Positions 28,301 to 41,650 of a stretch of DNA of 64,000 nucleotides are shown here, piece after piece; within the stretch, counting starts at the first letter, position 1, and each line of letters begins with the position of its first letter. Source of the DNA: Octopus sinensis. Its lineage: Eukaryota. The position numbers and the translations under genes were made by a program. The stretch spans positions 104,842,001 through 104,906,000 of the forward strand of contig NC_043000.1 of the NCBI RefSeq assembly GCF_006345805.1, given 5' to 3'. The notes beneath the pieces are model-generated. The model saw nothing but the letters and a program-made list of their open reading frames with translations. It did not search any database and was not told the DNA's origin.

Positions 28301-28743
28301 TGAGTTATTTTTAATTTTTATATGCGGTTTCAGACAGCAACTCGGGTTTCGTGTTCAGGCGAAATGAAGCATAATCATATTATCATGTGTCGAAGAATAT
28401 TCATATTACAGGACATGTTTGAAAGTAATAAATGAAAAATTACGAGAGAATGAGATATCTGAAGAAGTGTGAAATTGAGATAGCAGTAGTAGCTCAGGAT
28501 TTTTATCCTACTAAATTTGATTAAGTCACTCACACTGCGAAAAAAATTTTATGCATTTATAATATAAAACAACGATGATAAACAGGCAAAGTAGCGAATC
28601 TTTAACTATTAACCTGAGATTTTACATAGAGATTGTTGTGTGTGGATCCCTCTGGTGTTAATACCGAGAAGTAAAATCCAATGCAAAAAAATAAAAAGAA
28701 ACAGGAAAAGGAAAGAAAAGAAAAAGTCATCTATGTCACTTAC

Positions 28744-28935
28744 TGATACACTTTTTTTCGCAACGGGAGAGAGAAATGAAGGTAACCTCTGCAATTCGAT
28801 TTTCATACAAGGGACAAGTGTGAAAAGGGATTTGTCGACAGGTGCGAGAAGATTTATCGTACATCCAGGCGTCCCGAGGGCCTCCTATCCACCAGTCACA
28901 TCGCATGTCTCCAAAGATGTATTGCCGGTTACACT
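28744..28935 (-). CDS. Exon encoding divergent Kunitz/BPTI-like module 1 (ECNRQYIFGDMRCDWWIGGPRDAWMYDKSSRTCRQIPFHTCPLYENRIAEVTFISLSRCEKKCI)
   Basis: Acceptor tttttttcag, donor A|GTAAGT, 192 bp, phase 1-1. Six Cys plus the Kunitz-like W-x-Y-D...C...F-x-x-C...F...C-xxx-C pattern. Confidence 0.88.
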
Positions 28936-30253
28936 CTGAAAAAAAAAAAATGAAATAGACCACCAGCCGAGAAATATAATTTCCTTGAAATTTCGACTAC
29001 AAATAAAAGAAAAAAAACCCTGCAATGCGTCTCTAAAGTTTCGGACATTTAAATTCCACAATCTTTTAACCAGCTGACAGCCGATACTGTCGAGGTTGGA
29101 ATTGATCGAGACCTTGTTACTCTTTTAATGTTTAGCAGGATAAACAAATGAGACAAACATTTAAGCTATTTCTAATACTTATGTAACACTGTACCCCCAG
29201 AATGTTGAAATTAATTTCATTAAACTTAATCTACATATAAGGTGTCAGGTAGATGATGAACTCAAACGTGTTAATCATACAACACTAACGAATTTCATCC
29301 ATTTATCACTGAAATAGGTGAACTGGCGTAAACTCCGCTCACATTGTGATCAAGGAGGACTCTACATCGGAAACTGTCAAAATAGGAATTCTAATGGCAT
29401 ATATCCTAAGGAATGAGTCACAAACATGTACCAATCTTTTGAATAGGGAGATGTTTTCATTATTTTGTCTTCCGAATAGTTATCCGGTTACGCACAGAAT
29501 GATAGGGTATAGTGCATGAAAGAGCCCAAGAAAAGATTTGAGATTATTCTAAAACTGTTGCGGATATAATATGTCCTATATATCTTAACAAAATTTAGAA
29601 TAATATAGTTAACGAAAATATTAAAATAGCCAAGTTGTAGGATAACAATAGTTTTGATAGCGTAAACCGTAGAAGCCACGCCCAATTGTGAAATAGTTAA
29701 TGCGTTTAAAGAAATCTGTAAAACTAATATCAGTATTAGAGGAATAGAAATAGGATAGATTGATTATGTCAATCATCTCCTAGTCCAAGCCTTTTAACAA
29801 GTTCTGATGCAAAACGTTTTCGAAATGTGCGTCACAAATCCGTATAACAACTGCAAAGTATATATGGGATTAAGTGCCAAGGTGGGTCATGTGCAAACAT
29901 TTCTGAAACGTACAATGGAAAGACAGCTTGGAGTATAGAGTAAGGTTTAATGATCTCTGGAACAGCTATTCGGAGAATCTACCTACATTCATATTTTATC
30001 AAAATTCACTATATAAACATGATGATTCAATGAATTGCTTCAGTGAGGACATCGAATATAATTGTCCTTATGATACACACTTGTAACCGAATCAGTTTGC
30101 TCATGGGATTCAGAAACCAGTCTCAAATTGTAAGTCCGAATTTCGTAACATTGATGCAATATACTTAAGAAGAGTAAATATCACCAAACTAAGATCAAAT
30201 TTTAACACGTATCCATGTGTGCATTCATGTTAATGTATGTATAAATATCTCTT

Positions 30254-30287
<34 letters not shown>

Positions 30288-30292
30288 GTCTC

Positions 30293-30380
<88 letters not shown>

Positions 30381-30413
30381 CATATACATACATATTCTTT
30401 TTATATCCTCGTA

Positions 30414-31354
30414 TGTTGGATATATAATATAACAAAACGAGGGAGGGGGAGAAAGTATTTACACGACGCACTACTCAACGGTTTACAGCGAACTGCTTAC
30501 CAACCCAAACTGCCAATCGCCCACAGTTCTATGTTTTATAACAATAATTCAGTTCACCTTCAGTCACTTGGGTGAGATGGAGGGTCGGAATCCTTCCACA
30601 ACCTCTCCCTTTTTAGAATCAGCCTCCCCTCGCTTCTACCCTTTTGAGAATAGAACTTCGCTCAAAGTTTTAATATCTCTTACTCTTAGGGTTCAATTCC
30701 TATGTTTCCGTTCTTTTCCTTTTTCTGGTGCTAGAACGTGTTACAAATTGCTTGGATGTTGGTACCAAAAATGGGTCGTACAATACTTCCATGGGAATTT
30801 CATTTCTCGTGACTGCATTTTTTCGGGAATCTCTTTTTAAGCTGGTTAATATGTCTTTTATATTCGACCTTTTTTCCTTTTACCAGGAATAACATTCTTC
30901 CAATTTGTTTTATAATTACAGTTCTCCCAGTTGTCTTTACTATATCTATAGGCTTTATTAAAAAAATTGTCACCTAACTTGAAGAATTTTGAAGTAATTT
31001 TGTTGTTCGCCTTTTTTATTTTCACTCGGTATCAACTTATCAAAGATCGATCTGACCTTTCTAGCAAATATTAATTTTGTGGGGGATATTCCTGCGTGAG
31101 TTCTGATTATATCCTCGTCACTACTTTTATAATCTTTGTATGTTGAATATATAATATAACGAAGAAGGAGGGAAAGAAAATATTTACACGACGCGCTACT
31201 ATTAATATTACACGAGACTCAACGCCCTGTATCAACGGCTTACTGTGAACTGTTTACCAACCCGAACTACCAATCGCTCACAGTTCTTTGTTTTATAACA
31301 ATGAGTCAGTCCACCTTTAGTCAGTTGGTGGATGGTCAGAATCCTTCCGCAACA
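30414..31354 (-). mobile_element. Internally deleted Gypsy-type LTR element: two ~190-215 bp LTR-like repeats (30414-30603, 31141-31354) around an integrase C-terminal remnant
   Basis: Direct repeats with TGTTG...CAACA-like ends and a polypurine tract AAAAAGGGAGAG before the 3' LTR. The internal part reads SPTKLIFARKVRSIFDKLIP ... IIKQIGRMLFLV ... KRHINQLKKR. Confidence 0.8.
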
Positions 31355-31536
31355 ATAGTAATAGGTACGTGCAATTACAGCTCAAGTTTGACTAGAAGCC
31401 TAAAATTTCAGTTTGAACTTCAACTAAAAGCAAGGATGTTACCGCTGCATAATGACGATTGGTTATAGGGAGTTTATCAATAATGTACAAACATTGAAGC
31501 ACACCAGCTTATAGATTTCACGCTACTTGTACAAGT

Positions 31537-31679
31537 ATATACTTCAGTCCAACGATCTGAATTTGTTTCGAGGGAAAATCAAGTATACAGCATCAATCAG
31601 TTGAAATAGCAGTGAAATATCGACATCTGTCGTTCTCGCTCACCAACGCGGCAATTCGTTTCGCCGGGCTGAAGTATAT
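31537..31679. mobile_element. Possible small MITE
   Basis: Terminal inverted repeat atatacttcagtcc / gggctgaagtatat (13 of 14 match). Confidence 0.35.
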
Positions 31680-32039
31680 TGCGTTTATTTTATTTTATTT
31701 TACATCTTTAAAGGAATCATCCCTGGAAGAAATACTGCAGCCTAAAAGTGATTGACAACCAGCATATATTAGGCATGTCATATTGATAATATATGTGAGC
31801 ATTTGCGTGCGTGCACGCGCGCGCGTGTGCATGTGGGTGTGTAGTTTACTATAATAAAATATTTATTTCAAGGCTCGAGTTTTACGCCACTGCGATCATT
31901 AGGTAAGAACTGGCAAATAGCTGCGGCGTAAAGTTCTTGTCACGAGATAAACATTTTCTTTCAATTAACAATAACTCTAATCGCTGCGTGAGCATTATCC
32001 CTCTCTCATATTCTCTCGACTCAGTTCAGTTTTTGCGTA

Positions 32040-32339
32040 TGTATGTGAGTATATATATATACATATGTATATATATATTTGTGTGTGTATGTATATATGT
32101 ATAAACAGATATATTAATACCTATGTATATATATGTATATATATACATATATATATACATATATATATATGTATATATATGTATATATATATACATATAT
32201 ATACATAATTATTTATATCTCTGTTTATACATATATACATACACACACAAATATATATTTATATGAATATACACACATATACATTTTTATGTATAGATGT
32301 ATGAATGTATATATGTATATGTGTATATATAATATATAT

Positions 32340-32371
<32 letters not shown>

Positions 32372-32847
32372 CATATATACACCCACACACGCACATATAC
32401 ATATATACAAACATACATACATACATACGTATACACGCACACACACATATTGGAAACGTTTTTTTTTATTGAAGTGTCTATTGTTATGGAGTTTAATATT
32501 TCTTTTCGAGAAATTATTCACCTTTCTTGCTCTCTTTTATGTTTAGTCAGAAAAAAATGAACTGTACAGCTCTATTGCTCCAAATTAAAGATAATACACT
32601 TAATAAGGAAATGTGGAAGAATAACAAAATTAAACTAGAACATAATCATAACTTCATTATGATACACATACACACATACAACGCAGACCCACAAAGGCAT
32701 TACATGAACCCACAAAAATACACTCATATTTACACTCGTATATGAACACACAATTGTGCATAGACATGTGTATGTTTATATCATATACATATATACATAT
32801 ATGTATGTATATGTATATATATATATATGTATGTATATATGTATATA

Positions 32848-32931
<84 letters not shown>

Positions 32932-33239
32932 CATACATACACACATATATATATATACATATACATACATACACACACACACACACACGCACACACACAC
33001 ACAACACACACACACACATATATATATATATTATATATATATATATATATATCTCCCCGGAAGCTGAAGTGCATGCAGGAAAGTATATACTGAAGTAAAT
33101 ACAATAAAGAAGATTTAAATGTCACATTAGTACCGACTGGATACACATATGCGCCATTTTGTTTTTTTAAATCAAATTCTATAGAATTATAACTCGTTAT
33201 ATAACTTTATAATTCCCTTTCATTCTCACTGCTTCTTCA

Positions 33240-33320
<81 letters not shown>

Positions 33321-33583
33321 ATATATATATATATACATACCTATGCATATAGTGTCTATGTTTATGTGTATATATCTTAGATATACATATATATATGTGT
33401 GTGTGGGTTGTGTGTGTACGTGTGCGTGTGTGTGTGTGTGCGTGTATTTATGGATGTATTTTTTATATATGTATGTGTGTATGCGCATAAACACACACAG
33501 ATATGCAGTCGTAAACGTTTAGAAATATTCACACATCGTTAGTAAAAAGTAGCATGTTAAATAATTGCTCTCTCTCTCTCTCT

Positions 33584-33669
<86 letters not shown>

Positions 33670-33731
33670 GAATGATGAAACAGGAGGCAAAAATGTTTCA
33701 TACATACACATATGTGTGTATGTATGTATGC

Positions 33732-33768
<37 letters not shown>

Positions 33769-33782
33769 GTATATATATATAT

Positions 33783-33854
<72 letters not shown>

Positions 33855-33855
33855 G

Positions 33856-33892
<37 letters not shown>

Positions 33893-33908
33893 GTATATAT
33901 ATATATAT

Positions 33909-33947
<39 letters not shown>

Positions 33948-33952
33948 GATAT

Positions 33953-33986
<34 letters not shown>

Positions 33987-34040
33987 ATCTATATATATAT
34001 ATATATATATATACATATATATATCAGTATATTATATTAT
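32040..34040. repeat. Compound (TA)n/(CA)n/(TACA)n microsatellite field; similar fields at ~8490-8860, 16940-17140, 25490-25800, 59840-59940 and elsewhere
   Basis: Directly visible simple repeats. Confidence 0.97.
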
Positions 34041-35610
34041 AGTTATTGATTGGAAACATATGTATCACGTATTCCCGTTGTAGAAAGTCTAAGAAAGCAA
34101 TAAAAAAGCTCAAGCATTGGTATATGTGTTTGAAGAGGAGTAATGGTGATGGTGGTGGTTGGAATGTCATTTCCCGTGTCTATATTTTAATTAGAAGGAA
34201 CTGTTGCTGTGCGAATAAGTAAATAATTTTCTTAATGATATCAATGATAGAAAAATGTTACGTGATAAGAGCAATAACGTATCAAATAAAATATATAAAT
34301 AACAATGGAGAAATCAGGCGGCATTTAGGTTTTTTTTCTCTTTAATATTCAAAAGTATCATACGAGAAAGACAAAAGAAATATATAAAAATGTCGGAAAC
34401 ATACATGGTCGCCTACGGTATTGTATAAAACAAATGTACAAACATTGACATATGTGTATGTGTACGTATATATGTTTGTGTGTCTGTATGCATATATATA
34501 TATATATATGTATGTATGTATGTGTTTATGTATATATATACTCACACACATACATCGAAATATGCACACTTACACATATGCATACATAATGCACGTGTGT
34601 GTATATGTGTTTGTGCATTAGAAATACACACACCTATACATATGTACTTGCAGATTCACTTTATTACATACGTACATACGCATATTAGTGAGAGACATGA
34701 TTATATATATATATACATACATAGTTTTTAAGTATTAAGTATTGTATGTACGTTATATTTTTTAATAATACGTAACTTCGAACGTGTATAGTATTCGTTC
34801 AAATTTGGATTGATCTTCAACGATCTTTTATTAGATAGAGTGAAACAGAATATCAGTGAACCCGTCATCGCTGTGCTACAAAACTAAACAAAAACCCTTA
34901 TAAATTAATGATGAGAATGAAGATGATTAAGACGGTGATAATGATAATTCTTTCTACTGTAGGTACAAGGCCTGAAATTTTGTGGGAGATGCTTGTATAT
35001 TATATCGACTCTAGTAATCAACTGGTACATATTTCATCGACCCAGAAAAGATCAAAGGCAAAGCTAACCGCGGCGGAATTTGAGCTCAGAACAAAAAGAT
35101 TCGAAAGTATTTCCGCTAAGCATTCTGTCCGACGCGCTAAGATTCTGCTAAATCTTCGCCATTTAATGGTTTCTGATTTAGGCACAACGTCAGCAGTTTT
35201 GAGTGGAATGAAGCAATTCGGTGCATTCGACTCCAATATTTGACTGGTATTCTATTGTATCGACACCGGAGGGATGAAAGGCAAAGTCACGGAGTGCGAA
35301 CTCAACGTAAAAAGGCACAAGAAATATTGTAAGGTTTTTTATCCGACATTCTAACAATTCTGCCAACTCACCAACGACATCAATAGTAACCACAAGAAAA
35401 AATGGTATATCAACCACTCAGGAAAGTTTCATATAGCATTCAGCCATACATACAAAAATGAAAAAAAAAATCTTTCAAACAGGACTTACAAAGACATGAG
35501 ATGGGCCAAACTAGTTATAAAAAAACGAAAGGAGTGAAAGTATTTATACAATAAAGTGTATTTGTAAAATAAAAATAAATAAAATAATTTATACATATAA
35601 ACATACATGC

Positions 35611-35661
<51 letters not shown>

Positions 35662-35670
<9 letters not shown>

Positions 35671-35902
35671 ATATGTTACATTACTCGATAGTCAAGATAA
35701 AACTCTGAGTTTCAGATGCCGAAGTGGGAATCCACGACATCTCTTCGGTTATCTGGCTATTTGAAAACGCTATGAAAAAATACCGTTTCCATAGCGTTTT
35801 CAAATAGCCAGATAACCGAAGAGATGTCGTGGATTCCCACTTCGGCATCTGAAACTCAGAGTTTTATCTTGACTATCGAGTAATGTAACATATCATTGTA
35901 TA
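35662..35902. repeat. Perfect palindrome: 113-bp arms (35662-35774, 35790-35902) and a 15-nt loop
   Basis: Base-by-base comparison of one arm with the reverse complement of the other showed no mismatch. Confidence 0.97.
35810..35869 (+). ncRNA. Type I hammerhead-ribozyme-like fold (variant core); mirror copy on minus strand at 35695-35754
   Basis: agataa-CCGAAGA-[helix II gatgtcg/cggcatc]-t-GAAA-ct-cag-ag-TT-ttatct. Helix I is 6 bp. Deviations: U4C and one extra nucleotide before G12. Confidence 0.55.
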
Positions 35903-35963
35903 GATAAATTTCCTCTATTTACATAATATTGAGGTCTCTTTCTTTTGTTATCTTACCGTTTTA

Positions 35964-36068
<105 letters not shown>

Positions 36069-36949
36069 ATATATATAAGGCAATGAAGAAAATGGAAAAG
36101 GTAATTAATTAGCAAACATCACATTGCAAACATCAATTGAATCTATTTATTAATTACAATCATATGTATAAATATGTAAATAAAAAAGTAAATAAATAAA
36201 TAGGAATAAATGAGTGAATAATACTATACTCTTACATCTGTTTCTACTTTGGGGCTCCATCCTGCCAAAGTTGACACATCATATCAATATTATACAGAGA
36301 TTGTGCTCAAAGGCTGAACAAAGGTTTGACAGAGGCTGGACAATAATTGAGCCCCAAAGTTTCATCAGAGAGTCCATAATGGTAAGAATCAAACATGTGG
36401 GGAAGTAAAATAAAATAATAAATGGTAAAAAAGCCAATTCCAAGGTAATAAACATTGGTTATGAGATTACATCTTATTTCAATTTACTGGGGGATATAGC
36501 AAGGGTAAAACGTTATAGAGTTTGGTTAATGGGATGGTCCATATTACAGGGGTCATTAGTTAGAAGCTAAAGGCTATGCAATATATACAAAGTTAAGTTA
36601 ATGTGAATTTAGTTGGGGAAGTCAATACGAAACTATATTAATGAAGAAATAATTTGGGTATAAATTAAGTGTGCTGATTTCCCCAACTAAGTTCACATTC
36701 CTCATTCTCACTCTCTGTATGCGTTTTTCTTTATTCTGGTGAAGAGCTAACGTTAGAAACGTTAAGATATATGGACCGTCATTAACCAAAACCTAAAACT
36801 TTTCACTTTGTAAAATGAATAGTAGGTATATATACATGCCGCACCTGGTATATATTTATGTTTGTGCATATGTATATACATATATGTGTGTGTGTGTGCG
36901 CGTGTGTGCGTGCGTGTATGTGTGTGTATGTATATATATATATATATAC

Positions 36950-37177
36950 TCTTTACTCTTTTTTTACTCTTTTATTTGTTTCAGTCATTTGACTGCGGCC
37001 ATGCTGGGGCACCGCCTTTAATCGAGCAACTCGACCCCGGGACTTATTATTTTGTAAGCCCACTACTTATTCTATCGGTCTCTTTTGCCGAACCGCTAAG
37101 TAACGGGGACATAAACACACCAGCATCGGTCGTCAAGCAATGCTAGGGGGACAAACACAGACACACAAACACACAGA

Positions 37178-37227
<50 letters not shown>

Positions 37228-37386
37228 CGACGTCTTCTTTCAGTTTCCGTCTACCAAATCCACTCACAAGGCTTTGGTCGGCCGAGGTTATAGTAGAAGA
37301 CACTTCCCAAGGTGTCACGCAGTGGGACTGAACCGGAACCATGTGGTTGGTAAACAAGCTACTTACCACACAGCCACTCCTGCGCC
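36950..37386 (-). mobile_element. SINE family A
   Basis: Reverse complement of the 14783 and 39341 copies. Confidence 0.88.
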
Positions 37387-37470
37387 TATATACATATACA
37401 CACATACATGCACATGTATATATACACACATACACACAAACGATCACACACACACTCACACACACACACA

Positions 37471-37528
<58 letters not shown>

Positions 37529-38879
37529 GATATGACTTTAAAAATCCACTAGCGCTGATAAGCGTACCTTAGAGCCGTAATTATATGTTAGCTGTCTACA
37601 GCACCGCTCCATGTTTTCACAGCAGGGAAAATGTACCATTCCTCACACATTTTAATTACTATTTAAATTTTTACGACGATCCTGGTTGCTTTTTCGCAGC
37701 GTTTTAGCAAAAGTTTGCCAATTCTCTTCGACCTTCACTTGGTCTCCACCCAAGTGTTCGTGAGTAATGCGATTCTGAAGGGAGATTGCTCGTAGTTCGC
37801 TTCTCACTTCTGTTGTTGCTACGGTGGGCCACTCTCTTGCTCATTGTCACAGCAGGCTGTAACTGAGTGTGAGAGTTTCTGGGTCTTGTGGTTGACTTCT
37901 GTAAATGAAGAAGTGAACATTTTCTGCGGTGTCTCCAGAGTTACGAACGGTGCCACCTTCTACTGCTTTTCTGCCTAAGGATAAGTAGCCTCTGAAGTTT
38001 GTTGCTATCATTATTGCTTTTTCCATTTCATATCTATTGGACAGAAAATCCTTAAAAGGCTTTTGTTGTTACATATGCAGCAGCTGGTCTTTCTGCCCTG
38101 GTTGCAGTCATAAAGCCTTTCACTCAGCATCTACGAGAGGCTCCTATTAAAGAGTTACTTTGTAGTCTTGCGGGGTCATTAGGACATCCATATCTATAGT
38201 GATTCCAGCTGACCACGTAACACCACAAATTACGTCGGCTCTGTGTATCTTCTCACTATAAAAGTGACTAAGAGTCGCAAGTGGACGTCGTCAGCGATAT
38301 CCTTGATGGTGACTCTTGTGTTTCTTCTCAAATATTATCTCGTATTATCTGACGTTGTGCGTTCACCTCATTATTTTGAAAACAAATCATATAGTACCAT
38401 ATACTCTCTCTCTCTTCCATAATAAAGCGAGAATCCACTCCCAAGTGTCAGCGAAACTTCTCAAATTACCAGGATAATGCTTGATCTGTAGGATTCCTTA
38501 ATTGATCCTGGGTGGCTGCTTCCTTATTGGGATGTCTATATTCTGACCGTAGTTTATTTTTTATCGCGCATAACTTTTTAAACAGTTATTGACACCTGCT
38601 CTGAAACACTCCATTGAATATACTAATTTATTACACTTCTTTATTTATTACCTGTATATAAAACTACAATTGCTTTTTCAACACTTACATTATGCTTCTT
38701 CAACCCTTCCAGATCGTATACTAAATAATTTGAATTATATTTCTTCAACGACGCAGCATCCTTCTTCAACTTCCTACACAATATTATTTCCTGCTATCAA
38801 TACTTAACAATAACTGAACGGTAAACAAATTATTTCTCCTTGTCACTCTGTCTGTCTGTCTGTCTGTTTCTCTCTCTTT

Positions 38880-39340
38880 ATGTCATAGTCTCTCCCGTAT
38901 CTCTTCTACACTATAGCCGCTCCATGTCGTATCCCCCCCCAACCCTATAATCTCCTATATGTCTAGTTTCTCCTGTTATAATCTCCCTCCTCTTATCTTC
39001 CTCATGTTAAAGTATCCTTCATGTTATTGTCTCCCAACACAATTTCTCCATGTTATAATTTCCCCCTTGCCATAATATCCTCATTATTTCATATTTTCTT
39101 CAGGTTATTGTCTCCTCATGACATAGTTTCTCCATGTCATAACCTTCCCGCTATTTCATAGGCTCCTTCATATCATAGACTTCCCTAAGTCATAGTTTCT
39201 CCCTTATCATTGGTCATATTCTGTCATATCCTGCCATATTCACCTCCACCATGTCATAGTCTTCCCCATGACATGAACATCTCCATATAGACACCTCCAT
39301 GTCATAATTTCCCTACCATGTCATTATAGACTCCCCATAT
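38880..39340. repeat. Degenerate minisatellite, ~16-18-bp unit (catgtcatagtctcctc-like)
   Basis: Recurrent catgtcata/ctcc motifs; it resumes after the SINE at ~39755. Confidence 0.7.
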
Positions 39341-39752
39341 CGCAGGAGTGGCTGTGTGGTAAGTAGCTTGTTTACCAACCACATGGTTCCGGGTTCAGTC
39401 CCACTGCGTGGCACCTTGGGCAAGTGTCTTCTACTATAGCCTCGGGCCGACCAAAGCCTTGTGAGTGGATTTGGTAGACGGAAACTGAAAGAAGCCCGTC
39501 GTATATATGTATATATATATATGCGTGTGTGTGTTTGTGTATCTGTGTTTGTCCCCCTAGCATTGCTTGAAAACCGATGCTGGTGTGTTTATGTCCCCGT
39601 TACTTAGCGGTTCGGCAAAAGAGACCGATAGAATAAGTACTGGGCTTACAAAAGAATAAGTCCCGGGGTCGAGTTGCTCGATTAAAGGCGGTGCTCCAAC
39701 ATGGCCGCAGTCAAATGACTGAAACGAGTAAAAAGAGTAAAAAGAGAGAGAG
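39341..39752 (+). mobile_element. SINE family A inserted in a degenerate minisatellite
   Basis: High similarity to the 14783 copy. Confidence 0.9.
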
Positions 39753-41073
39753 TATATCATATCCTTCCCCATGCCATAGTCGATGAGACATGTGAAAGCA
39801 TATGGACACTGCCACTTTCTTCAGATTAGAAATATAAAAAGTGTAATTATTACCATAGTTATCAGTCCAAATTTTGGCATAAGGCCAACAATTTCGGGGG
39901 AGAGGGAAGTCGATTATATCGACTCCAGTGCTCAATTGGCACTTATTTTATCCACCTCGTAAGAAGGAAAAGCAAGAATGAAAGAATGAATCTGAACTTA
40001 GAACATAAAGACGGACGAAATTGCGCTAAGCATTTTGCCCAGCGTGCTAATGATTCTGCCAGCCCACCGCCTTAATTATTACCATAATTATCAAACGCTG
40101 TCAGTATCATTGTTGTTATGAAGGGTAAACAAGAGTAGGAACAAAAAACCGGCTAAGTGAGAAAGTTACTAAATTTCTACTTCCGGTGTTATGTTTGTAT
40201 CGAACTGTTGGTTCAGTATTTCACTTTATTATGATCATGTTTAATCTAGTAAAAAGCAATGCCCAGTTATGAACGCAATGCTCAGTGAACTTGCTGAATC
40301 AAAGACTCGTCAGAATGACTGCATATTTGTTGCTTGGTCTATTGCTTAGTAGCAACACTTTTTTCTGGAGCACACTGAACCAGAAAAAATCTCCACTCAA
40401 TCTGACTGTTCAATTTGTTTAACATTAGATCTCAGTTGTAGATTATTGTTTGAATGACAGGTAAAAAAATTTTAAAGAGGCGTAATGCCAAGAAGGGTTC
40501 AACAAAGTGTTTAGTTTAGTATATGGTCTGAAAATATGACTGATACACAACGCGAACGTTGGGAAGAGAAACTGAGTGATGGGTTATTTCGATATTTCAA
40601 CAAGTTATTTGTAGATTTTGGGCATAAACGATGTTAATTTTCCAAATGAATATCATGTAGGATTTTATACCCATTAAAGGTCAGTGTGTATAAAACACCT
40701 ATAAACTATAATTACATAAATATACTATATATCTGTGAATATTACAATACTTACCTATGGTGTATTAACCAAAATTCTGACTCCGTAAATAACACTTTTT
40801 TTCATCTTTGTTAATAGATATTGGGGTTTGTTTGAGTGTAGCGGTGAGAACTGAAACTCATATAACAGAGTTGTTAATCATCACTTCAAAAACTCATCCC
40901 ACTGTAGGGAAAATCTAGAGCAAATTAACGGTCGCTAAGATTTTGAATTGTCAATCCTTCGACAGAGAGCTCAGAATGGCTTCAATGGGTTTGCTTCAGT
41001 TCTTACATAAAAAACTAAAATGGTATGCGTGTACGTCTGTATTTGTATGTATATTTATATAGAGACAAACGGA

Positions 41074-41259
41074 AGTGGTTCTCAACTCATTTGGTAGAAG
41101 TTACAGATATTATTTAAAAACTGTTTGATTCGGCTCCATGCAACTCGAATTTTCGTGGGCTTGTAAAACGAACCTAGTTCGGTTGCTTCTGCCTGGGGAC
41201 CTAAGTTCGTTTTACAAGACTTCAAAACTTCAAGTTACATGGAGCCGAACCAAACTGTT
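41074..41259. mobile_element. hAT-like end plus a ~60-bp-arm imperfect hairpin (41119-41259)
   Basis: agtggttctcaac at ~41074; arms aactgtttgattcggctccatg...cgaacctag and ctaagttcg...catggagccgaaccaaactgtt. Confidence 0.55.
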
Positions 41260-41314
41260 AATAGAATTATGTATGTATGTATGTATGTATGTATGTATGT
41301 AGTATGTATGTATG

Positions 41315-41390
<76 letters not shown>

Positions 41391-41577
41391 GTGTGTGTGA
41401 GTATGCATTTTCACGTGAAAATACTAACCTACTAACCTGTGGGAATATATGTGGATGGTATGCACACACAGAAATTTGAATGCAAGTGCACAACCACGAA
41501 TATTGATGCACATGTAATTGCGTGTGTGAGTGCGCGCGCACGTGCGCGTACATATGCATATTGAAGAAATTACATAC

Positions 41578-41650
41578 CTGGGGGTAGACCATGGCAACTG
41601 TTGGAGAACACCATCATTAAGAGAAACAGCTTCCATCCCAGTGACGTCAT
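41578..41650 (-). CDS. First coding exon: signal peptide MTSLGWKLFLLMMVFSNSCHG-LPP of a secreted Kunitz/Frizzled-domain protein (whole exon 41578-41676)
   Basis: Strong acceptor (tatttctatattttttccag) before 41676 and donor CCAG|GTATGT after 41578. 73 coding nt = 24 codons + 1 (phase 1). The peptide has a basic residue, a hydrophobic core and a small-residue cleavage motif. The phase matches the Kunitz exons. Confidence 0.8.

Noticed and set aside
29800-29905. Strong minus-strand acceptor (gtacgtttcag) in the long intron
   Set aside because: All three frames close quickly and no good donor follows.
38250-38400. NTRVTIKDIADDVH, resembling a mariner HTH
   Set aside because: Too short and decayed, with no TIRs found, so not called as a feature.
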